Shown here: positions 36,719-48,552 of the stretch, one piece after another | How the letters are laid out: the number at the start of each line of letters is the position of its first letter | Numbering within the stretch: the stretch's first letter is position 1 | From: Leucoraja ocellata | Taxonomy: Eukaryota | Assembly: GCA_036785375.1 (NCBI GenBank) | Contig: JAWMAR010004271.1 | Location: 1-55,488, forward strand | Direction of reading: 5' to 3' | Length of the DNA: 55,488 nt | Translations under genes and position numbers: made by a program | The notes under the pieces: model-generated | Told to the model about the DNA's origin: nothing | The model's database searches: none | Seen by the model: the letters and a program-made list of their open reading frames with translations, nothing else

Positions 36719-37591
36719 ATGGAGGTAGGTGGATCTGGTTCCTACCCGCATATTGTGAATAAGGGTGAATTACTAACAGGGGGAAGGTTACACTTATTTA
36801 AAAAAGCATGGGGGAGGATCACAGATGATAAATATATACTTAATAGTATTCAAGGTTATAAAATAGAGTTTATTTCGAATATACCGCCAGTTCAACACAT
36901 GCCTAAGAGGACATTTGTACTCTCCAACAAACAACAACTGGAGGGACAAGCTGAACTGGTAAGGCTTATAAACAAAGGGGTCATAGGAAAAACAATTCAT
37001 GAGCCCTTGGAATTTGTTTCCAACATATTTACTAAATGTAAAAAGGATGGTGGATGTCGCATCATCATTGACTTAACATCCTTGAATGTGTTTGTTAAGT
37101 ATATACATTTCAAAATGGAAACATTTGCGACTGCTAGACAATTGATTTTCAAAGGATACTATATGGCCAGCATCGATCTCAAAGATGCTTACTATCTAGT
37201 ACCAATACATAAAGATTATAGCAGATATCTTAAATTTATCTGGATGGGGGAGCTTTGGCAGTATAAAGCACTGCCTAATGGGCTTACTTCAGCTCCAAGA
37301 CTATTCACTAAAATATTGAAGCCAGCCATGGCAATGTTAAGGAAACAAAACCATATAGTCATGGCATATTTGGACGACATCCTCATAGTTGGGAAAACTA
37401 TGGAATTGGCTGTAGCAGCAGTATCAGCTACAAAACAGCTCCTAGAAACTCTAGGCTTTGTCTTACATCCAGATAAATCCAAGTTAAATCCATCCACAAT
37501 TACGGACTACTTGGGGTTCACAATTAACTCAGTCCAAATGACGATTACCATGCCAATGGAAAAAAATGATTGCATTAACACAATCATGTGA
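36719..37591 (+). CDS. DIRS reverse transcriptase domain (5' part of ORF2)
   Basis: ASIDLKDAYY, LPNGLTSAPRLFTK, AYLDD, YLGF motifs; frame breaks in A7 run 37560-37566. Confidence 0.93.
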   Translation: MEVGGSGSYPHIVNKGELLTGGRLHLFKKAWGRITDDKYILNSIQGYKIEFISNIPPVQHMPKRTFVLSNKQQLEGQAELVRLINKGVIGKTIHEPLEFVSNIFTKCKKDGGCRIIIDLTSLNVFVKYIHFKMETFATARQLIFKGYYMASIDLKDAYYLVPIHKDYSRYLKFIWMGELWQYKALPNGLTSAPRLFTKILKPAMAMLRKQNHIVMAYLDDILIVGKTMELAVAAVSATKQLLETLGFVLHPDKSKLNPSTITDYLGFTINSVQMTITMPMEKNDCINTIM

Positions 37592-38651
37592 AAACTTAAA
37601 AATAAAGGAAAAACCAACTATTCGACAAGTGGCAGCAGTAATTGGCAAAATGGTAGCAGCATTTCCAGCTATCCAATTTGGACCTTTGCACTATCAAAAT
37701 TTGCAAAGAGCAAAATTAATAGCATTAAAATGGCACAGAGGTCATTATGATCGGATCATGACTATACCCCCTGAAGCAATAGCAGAGCTACAGTGGTGGA
37801 TTCAATATATTTGGCACGGTTATAGTCCTATAGTTATCACTAATCCTACGTTAGTACTCCAAACCGATGCTAGTGCTCAAGGCTGGGGAGCAACTAACTC
37901 CATATCCAGCACAGGTGGTAGATGGACTAACTCAGAATCCTCATTACTATCTACACTGGGCATTAACACTTTGGAAATGTTGGGCGCCTTTTATGGTTTG
38001 AAAGCATATGCGTCTGATATGCGTCACTTGCATGTTAGATTAGAAATAGATAATACAACGGTGGTGGCTTATATTAACCATATGGGCGGCATCAAATCTT
38101 TATCATGCGACAAATTGGTTAATATGATTTGGCAATGGTGTGTCGAAAGACATATTTGGCTTTCAGCTACCTATCTACCAGGTAAGCTAAACATAGTGGC
38201 GGACACCAGGTCACGGAAATTCAATGATAACATCGAATGGATGTTAAATCCTAAAACATTTGCTAAAATTGTAAAGCAATATGGGAAGCCAGATATAGAT
38301 TTATTTGCATCAAGACTGAATCACCAACTACCAGTCTATGTCGCGTGGGAACCAGATCCGGAGGCAGCAGCGGTAGACGCTTTTACGTTAGATTGGGGAA
38401 AGTTTGTGTTTTATGCTTTTCCCCCCTTCTGCCTCATTAGTCGGGTGCTTCGAAAAATCCAGACGGATTCAGCGTCTGGAGTTTTGGTGGTGCCCGACTG
38501 GCCTACACAGCCATGGTTCCCAATTCTCCAGGACATGGTGGTGGAAACACCTATGGTATTCCCCAGTCATCCAGGGTTACTGACTCACCCAGTATCAGGC
38601 ATCAGCCACCCATGCCACAAAGATATGAATCTCTTGGGTTGCAGATTTTAG
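37566..38651 (+). CDS. DIRS RNase H plus DNA N6-adenine methyltransferase-like domain (3' part of ORF2)
   Basis: TDASAQGWG, INTLEM, DNTTVVAYINHMGG, NIVADTRSR (RNase H); DIDLFAS, DAFTLDW, YAFPPF, VPDWPTQPWF (DIRS MT domain). Confidence 0.88.
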   Translation: MIALTQSCENLKIKEKPTIRQVAAVIGKMVAAFPAIQFGPLHYQNLQRAKLIALKWHRGHYDRIMTIPPEAIAELQWWIQYIWHGYSPIVITNPTLVLQTDASAQGWGATNSISSTGGRWTNSESSLLSTLGINTLEMLGAFYGLKAYASDMRHLHVRLEIDNTTVVAYINHMGGIKSLSCDKLVNMIWQWCVERHIWLSATYLPGKLNIVADTRSRKFNDNIEWMLNPKTFAKIVKQYGKPDIDLFASRLNHQLPVYVAWEPDPEAAAVDAFTLDWGKFVFYAFPPFCLISRVLRKIQTDSASGVLVVPDWPTQPWFPILQDMVVETPMVFPSHPGLLTHPVSGISHPCHKDMNLLGCRF

Positions 38652-39622
38652 ACCGACCTTACCTGGATCTGGGGCTATCCGAACAAACCATCGCCACCAT
38701 GTCAGCATCCCTACGGATATCCACGAAGAGGCAGTACCTAACCTGCATCAGGAAATGGGAAACGTACTGCCAGAAAACCGGGATTGCTTATAAAACAGCC
38801 ACAGTAGCGGATGTTCTGGAATTCCTGGCAGACTTACATCATCGTGAAGATTTGAGCTACAGTGCCATCAACACGGCACGTAGTGCTCTTTCAAATTACC
38901 TCAAACCTGCGGGACATCAGGCCATGGGAGCCCATCCGCTGGTGGTAAAACTGATGAGGGGCATATTTAACAGCAAGCCCCCCACCCCTAGATATACAAA
39001 AATCTGGGATGTCAGTATTGTACTCACATACCTTCGGGACAGACCACCAGCTAGATCTCTCAGCTTAGAGCAGTTGACTTTAAAAACACTCATGCTCATG
39101 GCGCTAGTATCTGCACAGAGGGTCCAGTCCTTACATAAACTTCGACTGGACAACATGGACGCTACATCGGATCAGATCACATTCACTATTCAAGGTCTGA
39201 TAAAACAGTCCAGGCCAGGAACATCCAACACGCTAGTGGCATTCCGGGCATACCCACTAGAGCCACGATTGTGTGTGGTGACCCACATAAATATTTACAT
39301 AGACACAACCCATAACATCAGAGGAAGTGAGAGAGCCTTATGGGTCAGCCACAGGAAACCACATGGCAGGGTAACAAGTCAAACCATTTCAAGGTGGTTA
39401 AAACAGGTTTTGGAAGCTGCTGGAATTAACATTAATCTATTTAAATCTCATTCCACCAGGGCAGCATCAACATCATCGGCAGCCAGAATGGATGTGTCTG
39501 TGGACTTAATCCTCAACAAAGCAGGATGGTCACGGGAAGCCACATTCCGAACATTTTATAATAAGCCGTTGGTGGAACCTGATATATTTGCAGTCAGCAT
39601 TTTAGAAACTGCAAATGTTTAA
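38513..39622 (+). CDS. DIRS tyrosine recombinase (integrase), intact, overlapping end of ORF2
   Basis: SAQR, KQSR, HSTR, AGWS, FRTFY = R-K-HxxR-W-Y catalytic set; N-terminal SAM-like region with YSAINTARSALS. Confidence 0.93.
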   Translation: MVPNSPGHGGGNTYGIPQSSRVTDSPSIRHQPPMPQRYESLGLQILDRPYLDLGLSEQTIATMSASLRISTKRQYLTCIRKWETYCQKTGIAYKTATVADVLEFLADLHHREDLSYSAINTARSALSNYLKPAGHQAMGAHPLVVKLMRGIFNSKPPTPRYTKIWDVSIVLTYLRDRPPARSLSLEQLTLKTLMLMALVSAQRVQSLHKLRLDNMDATSDQITFTIQGLIKQSRPGTSNTLVAFRAYPLEPRLCVVTHINIYIDTTHNIRGSERALWVSHRKPHGRVTSQTISRWLKQVLEAAGININLFKSHSTRAASTSSAARMDVSVDLILNKAGWSREATFRTFYNKPLVEPDIFAVSILETANV

Positions 39623-39786
39623 TTTAAAGCCCGGGGGAGCTATTTTTCTTTTGTTATTGTTAATAAATACCGTTTTGTTTTCAAAACAGATTCATTGGTT
39701 GATTACAATAACACTTCCTTCCTCAAGAGCTTTCGGTAGTGAGTGTATAAAACTGTTACACGGTTTGAAATCACAGAGCTTTGAAA

Positions 39787-39899
39787 TCTTCACGAAGTCA
39801 CTCACGTGACTCCGAAGTAAAATAGTAAGATTAAACGAGAACTTACCAGTTTGAAGTTTGATCTGTATTTTATGAGGAGTTACGATGAGGGATTACGTG
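39787..39899. repeat. DIRS internal complementary region (ICR)
   Basis: 39787-39820 = reverse complement of 35298-35331; 39821-39899 = reverse complement of 40047-40125. Confidence 0.93.
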
Positions 39900-41357
39900 C
39901 CCTCCGCTCCCACCCTCATTACATGGATCAAACCGATAAACTGATGTCTCTTTGTTCTTTACTATGTTACTTCAAATACGTGTCTGTCTGTGATTCCACA
40001 CCGCTGCTTGGAAGCATGCCGCACCTGCGCCCTGAGCGGGCTTCTTCACGTAATCCCTCATCGTAACTCCTCATAAAATACAGATCAAACTTCAAACTGG
40101 TAAGTTCTCGTTTAATCTTACTATTACAGCTCATTCTGTAGATGGTACACATTGTAGTCACTTTAGTTTAATTTGGAGATACAGCGCCTAAACAGGCCCT
40201 TCTACCCACTGATCACCAGTCCCCGCACATTAACATTATCCTACACACTTTAGGGACAATATATAATTTGCCCAAGCCAATGAACCTACCAATCTGTCTT
40301 TGTGGTGTGGGAGGAAACCGGAGCTACCTGGGAAATCCCAGGCAGGTCATGGGGAAAACGTAGTGGTGAAAGGATGAACGGTTAAGTTAATGGATCGCTG
40401 ACCAGTCATGTTCACTGCTAAACTAATCTAGAGTAATGACACTTTAAGGACAATTATTCATGGTAATTCTTTATCTCACACGCTAATTCCCGAAAACCGC
40501 TCTTCACGGTCCTCCCTTGTCAGTTTTTCCAGATAGCTGGAGTGCCCGTGTTCTATTCAACTTTAATTGAATATGGATGTGCTGTGTGTAGAATTCCTGT
40601 CGTCCTGACGTACTACAAAGTCGAAAGAACTCTGGAAGTGGTCGGTGAGAGCCAATATGACCCCTTTTACTTCACTCATACATGCATTAATTTGGTACAG
40701 GCAACCTTTCAACTTTGAGTCGAGGCAAGTTTCGTGAATTACTGCGTATTACAAGAGCAGAGTATCACAGACCGCTTTTCCAAGCGCGACACACATCGGG
40801 TAGTCTAAGTTGCCTCCAAAACTGCAACTTTACTGACATCTGTAGTGATGTTCTTTCTCCCCAGGTCCTTTCTAAATGATCTGATACACAAGTAGAAGGG
40901 CAGCCTGTGGGGTTTATCATTTGTAAAATTACAAAGATATCTAAATATAGATTTAATGTGCTTTTTAATAAAACAGTGCTGATGCTGTGACTGTGATCAT
41001 GTTATGTTCAGCGATACGGAGGTAGACAAAAATGCTGGAGAAACTCAGCGGGTGAGGGAGCGAAGGAAATCAGCGATACGGATTCAGTTGGTCCGTTTAG
41101 ATAAAATATTTCTATTCCGTTTTCATTGTTGATTAAACAGTTACCGAATATAATATTTAAAACTCGCAATCTGTTTAGTGTATATACGCGGAGGGTTCAT
41201 ACAGAACATTATAGATTGTTTGTTTATAAAGAAGGGACAACTGTGACAATCCTTTTCATTCTGCTGGATGTATGAAGCTTTTTAGAAACACATGTCTCTA
41301 AAATAAGACCTGCGTGTTTCACAGGGGCGAATATTTTGAGGAAGAATCTGGCAATTT

Positions 41358-41439
41358 CTGATTGGCTTCGACGAGCATACCGGTTTGATTGGTTTGGATA
41401 ATTAAACACACGGTGACATATCGTCATTCCATTTATAAA
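41358..41439 (+). promoter_or_regulatory. Cluster 4 promoter (CCAAT x2, half-CRE, TATA)
   Basis: Paralogous to 2894-2975. Confidence 0.6.
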
Positions 41440-41509
41440 GAGAGCCAGAGAGCAAGATTACACGCCACTTGTCCTGGAAACTGCCGCCCTATCGGAGCTC
41501 AGTCGGTTA

Positions 41510-41564
41510 ATGAACATGTCTTATTGGATCCGTGCGGTCGGTGCGTTGGTGTTTTGTGCAGTTT
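41510..41564 (+). CDS. IGL: Ig light chain cluster 4, leader exon
   Basis: MNMSYWIRAVGALVFCAV, GTGAGT donor at 41565. Confidence 0.9.
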
Positions 41565-41685
41565 GTGAGTATTTTACTTTCCTGGATATTATATTTATTT
41601 CTGTTCACCATTAATTTGGGATTATCTCCCACACTTCAACAAACTTAATATTTTCTCTTTTTTTCTGATATTTCTCCTTTCTCAG

Positions 41686-42027
41686 ACATAAGCGCGGCTG
41701 TTACAGTAACTCAGCCGCCTTCGGTGTCCACCTCTACGGGACAGAACATACAAATACCCTGCACCATATCGGGTGCCAGTTCGGGCGCTAACTATGTCTC
41801 GTGGTACCAACAGATTCCTGGCAAAACTCCCAAGTATCTATTCTACTATGAATCCGGCAGCATTTATAAAGGCACGGACATTCCAGACCGTTATTCCATC
41901 TCGGTGTCAGGCAACTCTGTAACATTCGCAATATCTAGCGTTCAATCGGTGGATGCTGCTGACTATTACTGTGCCAAATGGGATAGTGGTTTACATTTCG
42001 GTAAAGGAACGAGGCTGGGTATTGGCG
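41686..42027 (+). CDS. IGL: Ig light chain cluster 4, germline-joined V-J exon
   Basis: Open frame, CDR2 region YYESGSI, CDR3 AKWDSGLH, intact splice sites. Confidence 0.95.
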
Positions 42028-43022
42028 GTAAGTAAAATATATTCTTCGAACAGCGCGCTGTTTTCTTTTTGTTTTAATGCAGATATTGTTTGATTTAATG
42101 TCCTGAGTTCACATGATACGTGATTGGGCCAGTTGTATTTCAGTGTAGATGGTGCGATCTTGCTGTACAGATGTTCCGAGTTCACTTGGACATAACTCAG
42201 TGAAATGACTGGGAAAGCGAGCTAATGCTTTGTCTTGAGCTTCGTTCAATAAATTGCGGAAATATTTGCAGTGATTGTCCAGATATGAAATGAAATTGCT
42301 TGGGTAACGGGGTTCACCAACGTCAATATTAAACACTGTCAAAAATCCGGTTGACGGGTTGAACAAGGATATCAAAATGCCAAATACGAAAGGAGAAAGT
42401 TTCGCACATTTCCTTCAGAAATTGTGTTTAATACGTAGAGCAGCTTTTCGTGGACGCAGCCGTGTATTTCAAATTTAAATGAACATTCGAACTACAATGT
42501 AATTCTTGCTTGTGAACTATATCTGCGAATCGGTGACCGTGGCCTTCGAAGACTAGTTTCCATATATTTTTTGCCGAACTTAAATAGCGTCACGCTCCAT
42601 CTCAATGGTGCCCACAATTAAATAAGTTTAAATCTGTTATTATAAATGTCGCGACCGCGAATCGTTTATATCTGCTGATATATTTAAATAAATGTAACTC
42701 CGGAAATGTGTAGTAAAATGAACATTATAAAAGTTGTAATAATGTATTCAGTTTTATAAAATACTGCAGCCATGATCTATCACAGATGTTTTCCCGGTGT
42801 TTATACAGAGGGTAGATAGGATCTATTTTAGTTGCTTTCACGCACTTTATTTATTGTTCACCCAATTAAAATAAACACATTATAATGGTTTGAAATAGGT
42901 CAAGAATAAAACGACATTTGTATAAATGAATAAATGAGTGCTTTAATGAGATGTATTTTCGGTAAATAATGATATCTCAACGACAGCATTTCTCCAATTA
43001 AATGTGACTTCTTATTAAACAG

Positions 43023-43345
43023 ATCCTCGGGCACCGATCGTGACGGTCCTGCCGCCTTCAGCCGATGAAGTTACCTCAAAGGGCACCGCCACCCTGATGT
43101 GTTTGGTGAACGGCTTTAATCCGGGCTCGGTCGCCGTTGAGTGGACAGTCGACGACAGTGCAAGAAATAGCGACGTTGAGACCAGCCCGATCCAGCAGGA
43201 TAAGGACAACACGTTCAGTCTCAGCAGTTACCTGACTCTGACAGCCTCAGACTGGAATTTACACGACCTTTACTCCTGTGTGGTTACACACCAGGCTCAG
43301 GCAAACCCACTTAAGACAACTATCGAGAGATCCAGCTGTATCTGA
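43023..43345 (+). CDS. IGL: Ig light chain cluster 4, constant exon
   Basis: Open C1-set frame ending IERSSCI*. Confidence 0.95.
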
Positions 43346-46300
43346 TGTTGGAAACGTGAGGCTGACCTGACTAAGTTAGTTTATCATCATTGGGTTCGGC
43401 CATGTGACAAAGTTAGTAATGTATTGGACTTGAGTGTTTTCGTTCAGAAATGCCATTTGTAGTTGAAACGTCGATTTTAATGACTTGTTCACTTTAAATT
43501 TAGTTCTTTCGAAAGAATGTCGTTCTTGAATGAAGCATCAAGTAGATTCAATTGCGTTATCCAACAGCATGGATGTTGTTATTGTACCCATGGTATCTTT
43601 GTAGCCGTTCAATAAAGTTTAAAAAACGCATTTCAAATGCATTGTTGATTCCCTTTGGTTTATTTCTGACCCGAACCATGATGGCTTAACACGGGTTGTG
43701 TTGTCTCGTAGATTTGAGCTAGCAACACTGATTTTGATTCTCTATTTCGATCACTAATTGCAATCGTACAACAGTCGTGGGCCACTCGTCCATTTATACC
43801 ACGCGTTCTACAGCGCTTTGTCAGTTCTTGTGCAACATGATTCAGCCAAAGAACCGTATAAACCAAGCAGGGCAAACGTGGTCTTAAACCCCAAAATATC
43901 ACAGAAATAAACAGAAAATACAGTTCATACTGATATTAGTCGGGCGGTATGTGAGAAGTGAGAAATAGATTAGACGTTTCAGGCTGTTTAAAAAAAATCA
44001 AAAACGTCCCTACCAGCCTCGTGCGTTCAGGGTTTGTTAAATATGTCTTTGTTCACAAGGTGTACCGCTACATAATTAAATAAAATACGTGTCCATACGT
44101 GGAAATCTGGAAATTTGGAAACGCCATTAATTCCCAACATATCAGCAGGTTTCTGTAAACTGATGGGTTGTTCGCACCTCCCCTTTACACCCCTCGCACT
44201 AAGCATGGCACCTCCATCCTTCATCACAGAAGGCCGTGACTTTCACACTAATCGGTGACGGGGTTTGTATTTAAATATTTACAAACATTAAACTTTATTT
44301 CTTCTTTAGTTCTTCTGATTGTCAGCTTTAAAGACACGGAGTGATTATTGGCGTTAGCAGAACAAGTCACTGAGTTTGTATGTGGCGTGCACGTGTCTCA
44401 CAGTGGTATTACACTAGAACTGGGCAACAACACGCTCAATAAAGCAAGATAATATCTACAGAAAGATGCGATGAGTGCACGGCAGCTTCATATAGACACG
44501 TACAGAAAGAGAGAGAGAGAGAGGGGAGGGGGGAGAGAGAACGGGGCGGGGGGCGGGGTAATAACGAACAATGAGGGGACTATATGCTATAGTTAGAGGA
44601 CAATCAGTCACGGACAAACCCCTGACCTCTGTCACAAATCGCTTTTCACTTATTCCAAGCCTTATTCCCAATTATTTTCACGTTACATGAGCAACCTGGG
44701 CTTAAGTCTTAATGAATGGGAAGGAGTTGCAGATGCCGGTTTAAAGCAAAGATAGACACAAAAATCTGGAGTAACTCAGCGGGTCAGAAAGAATCTCTGG
44801 AGAAAAGGAATCGGCGACGTTTTGGGGCGAGACCCTTCTTCAGACTGTTTGAAGAAAGGTCTCGATCCGAAATGTCACCTATTCATTTTCTCCAGAGATG
44901 CTGTTTGACCCGCTAATTTACTCCAGCGTTATAGAAACATAGAAACATGGAAAATAGGTCCAGCAGTAGGCCATTCGGCCCTTCGAGCCTACACCGCTAT
45001 TCAATATGATCATGGCTGATCATCCAACTCAGTATCCTGTACCTGCCTTCTCTCCGCACCCTCTGATCCCTTTAGCCACAAGGGCCACATCTAACTCCCT
45101 CTTACATATAGCCAATGAACTGGCCTCAACTACCTTATGTGGCAGAGAGTTCCAGAGATTCCGGAGATGTGTGAAAACATGTTTTCCTCATCTCTGTCCC
45201 AAAAGATTTCCCCCCTTTCCTTAAACTGTGACCCGCTGTCCTGGACCTCCCCAACGTCGGGAACAATCTTCCTGCATCTAGCCTGTCCAACCCCCTAAGA
45301 ATTTTGTAAGTTTCAGCCATGATCTCATTATGTGTCTTATCTTTTCTAAATGATCCGGATTGTATGCATTGTTGGTTGATTCGAATAAATGGTACATATC
45401 TGCAATTGCTCACCTGCTGGTTAGTTATTTTGGAAATTCCTCTAAATCTGTAAATACTGAGCGTACTTTCACTCGGAAAAAATGGTCAATTAAAACGCCT
45501 TGACTATGCCCCTCATTCAAATCACCATTATACCCTCCCTGTTCAAAGGGACCAATTCCGGTTATTCTCAGGCTGCCATTATCATGCCCATTTTCTTCCC
45601 AATTTCTTCTGCGGCTTGTAATGAAGGAGCCAAAAACAAAGATTTGAGTCTTCCCGGCCTTGCCTTTTCCTTCCGTTCCCGTAGTGTCCTGGTTATCCAT
45701 TGTGAGCTCCACCTTTCCCTGGTCATCGATATCGGGTCTCATTTGTTCTGAATCTTTTCATAGAGACATAGAAACATAGAAAATAGGTGCAGAAGGAGGC
45801 CATTCGGCCCTTCGAGCCAGCACCGCCATTCAATAAGGTCATGGCTGATCGTCCCCAATCAATAACCCGTGCCTGCCTTCTGCCCATATCCCTTGATTCC
45901 ACTAGCCTCTAGAGCTCTAACTCTCTCTTAAATCCATCCAGTGATTTGGCCTCCACTGCCCTCTGTGGCAGGTACTGACCCAAAAGGCCGCATTTTCTCC
46001 TGTCTCGTAATGTCATTACAATATTTTACCGTTGCCTTTCGAAGATGGCTATGTGTGAGCGCCAGGGCCGGCGAGAAAATCAAGCACATACACTCATGCC
46101 ATGTATAAATGCTGTCGGCCTCTCTCGCTCATCATGCGCGTGAATGCTGTTAAACACGATGTCAGTGTCATAACTTCAGATCTATCCACGATGGCCCACA
46201 ATGTCTGTGCGAACCTAATGCCAATGTCATCTGCCTGCCATATACAATGTCTACAACCCTCCATTCACTATCTGTTCACGTGTTTGCCTAAATGTCTCTT

Positions 46301-46694
46301 GAACCTTGCTGGGTATCTACTTACACCGCTTCTTCTAGCAAAGCGTTGCACACTTTCTGTTGAAAAAAGACATGTAAAGTGTGCCCCCTTCAAACGTCCC
46401 CTCGCCTACTTTAATAAACTATGTTATATAATACTTCGGCCCTGGACTCCTAAGTAAAGCGACTTATCTTCACTATGGGTATTAGAGCAATAGATCGTGA
46501 TGGGAAATCGATGCAGTGTCTGGCCAACAACACATTAATCCCCAAAATAAATCAATGGATAGGGATTAATTTAGCCAAAGAACCATAAACCGACAGTGTT
46601 AGTTAACGTGTAGGAAGGAACTGCAGATGCTGGTTTAAATCGAAGATCGATACAAAATGCTCGAGTAACGCAGCGGGACAAGAAACAGGAAGTG

Positions 46695-48552
46695 TTTTAT
46701 TTAAAATTTGTACATAAACACGACGAAATTTAATCAGGAGTGGATACTTGGAATGAAAAATGAAATCTCTACCGAAACGAAAACATTCTGGTCATTTGTG
46801 GGTCTGTTGTTGGCGTAGCAACGAATCAAGGCTGGCAGCCACAGGCTGGGAACCACAAGGCAGGCAGAAACACAGCCAGCCACATAGTTTTAATATTATA
46901 CTAGACCAAGTGCAGACCCGTTGGGTCTGTTTCCCCAACGCGCGTTTGCGGGGGAAGAGGGGGGGGGGGGGGGGGGGGCTGGGGCATCACACTCACACTA
47001 CTCACCCCCCAAACACACAGGTGGGGGGAGGGGGAGACGGGGTGGGGAGAGGGGGTGGTGAGAAGAGGGGAGGGAGGGGAGGGAGGGGAGTGAGCGGAGG
47101 GAGGGGAGGGAGGGAGGGAGGGGAGAGGGGGAGGAGGAAACGGGAGAGATTTGGGAGGAAGAGCAGAGCGGGGTAGGGGGAGAGAGAGGGGGATGGGAAG
47201 GGGAGGAGAGTGGGGAGTGGGAGGAGAGCGGGGAGGTCAGGAAGGGGGGAGGGGTGGGAGAGGGGTAGCGGGGATTGGTGCAAGAGAGAGGGGGTGGGGG
47301 GGAGATGGGGGTGAAGAGAAGTGAGGAGGAGGTGGGAGGGGAGGAGGGAGAGGGTGAGGAGAGAGGGGGGAAGGGGAGGAGGAGAGTAGGGTGGGGGAGG
47401 GGATGAGAGACGGGTGGGGGAGGGGGAGAGAGGGGTGGGGGAAGGGGAGAGAGGAGGAGGAGGGAGGAGGAGAGGAGGGAGAGGAAGGAGGAGGGAGAGG
47501 GGAAGAGTGTGGAGGGAGGGGAGAGTGGTAGGGGGGCTGTATTGTTTTCTCTGCGTTGTATTGTTAATTCGTAACTGGCTTGTCGCTTACGTCTCTTATC
47601 CTCTCTCTCACCACTCTCACGTCACCCCCCCCCCACTTCGTTCTCCCCGGTGGAAGAGGCAGAGGTGGGTGGGGGAGAGGTGGGGGGAGAGAGGGGTGGG
47701 GTTGGCGTTGGAGGGGAGGAGGTAGAGCGGTGACGAGAGAGGGAGAGGGGAAAGGAGGAGGAGAGTGGTGTGGGAGGGGTGAGAGATGGTGGGGGGGGAG
47801 AGGGGGAATATGGTGGGGAGGCGGAGAGAGGAGAGATAGGGGAGAGGATGCAGGGGAGGGAGGAGGGAGAGGTGGAAGAGTGTGGAGGGAGGAGGAGAGG
47901 GGTAGGGGTAGAGAGGGTGGAAGTGTGGAGGGAGAGGAGAACGGAGAGAGGGGGAAGAGTGGGGAAGGAGAGAGAAGGGAGGGGGGAGAGAGAGGGGGTG
48001 GGGGAGGGAGATGGGGAGGAGGAGTGGGGGATGGGGGGTGGGGGTGAGATAATGTGTAAGGACTGGGGAGGGAGGGGAGGAGGGAAAATGGGGTAGGGAG
48101 GGAGGGGGAGAGTATGGAGTGAGTGGGAGAGGGGTGGGGGGGAGAGAGTGGAAATAGTGGGGAGGAGGTGGAAGGGGGAGGGGGAGGGAAGTCCATCTGT
48201 TCCCCATTCCTATCACCCCCAATCTCTGTCTCTGTTCCCACACACGTGATGACCGCTTCGACACAGGCTGCGGGGGTGGGGGGAGGGGCTGGGGCTGCTG
48301 CAAGGCATATGTAAATTGATCCATTCCGATTGGACATCTGTGAGCATTGGGCATTGTGACATCACACAATGTGACATCACACATAGTTCAACAACATTCT
48401 ATGGGTGGGAGCTGTTTTTTTAATTGTCGGGGCGGGGGTGGGGGGGGGGGGGAAGGATTTTATTAAAAATGTGTTCATAAACACGACGAAATTTATGGAG
48501 TGGATACTTGGAATGAAAAGTGAAATCTCTACCGAAATGGAAAAATTCTAGG
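46695..48552 (-). mobile_element. Tandem Helitron-like units with expanded G-rich core (CTAG at 46901)
   Basis: Same 3' hairpin/CTAG; 5' end deleted as at 9400. Confidence 0.6.
46950..48190. repeat. G/A-rich low-complexity tract (shorter paralogues 8700-9035, 19035-19370, 29905-30240)
   Basis: Near-continuous G runs with A/T spacers. Confidence 0.9.

Larger units (their letters stand above)
35298..40125 (+). mobile_element. DIRS1-type tyrosine-recombinase retrotransposon, full length (4828 bp)
   Basis: gag / RT-RNaseH-MT / YR ORFs, inverted terminal repeats, internal complementary region; boundaries fixed by empty paralogous sites at about 1674 and 24394. Confidence 0.95.

Noticed and set aside
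38513-39622. Phage integrase or bacterial contamination
   Set aside because: Embedded in DIRS architecture with seamless host flanks matching empty paralogous sites
44399-44440. CACAGTG heptamer downstream of cluster 4 (CACGGTG at 5664 in cluster 1) as an RSS
   Set aside because: No acceptable nonamer at 12 or 23 spacing, not adjacent to a coding segment, not conserved in cluster 2
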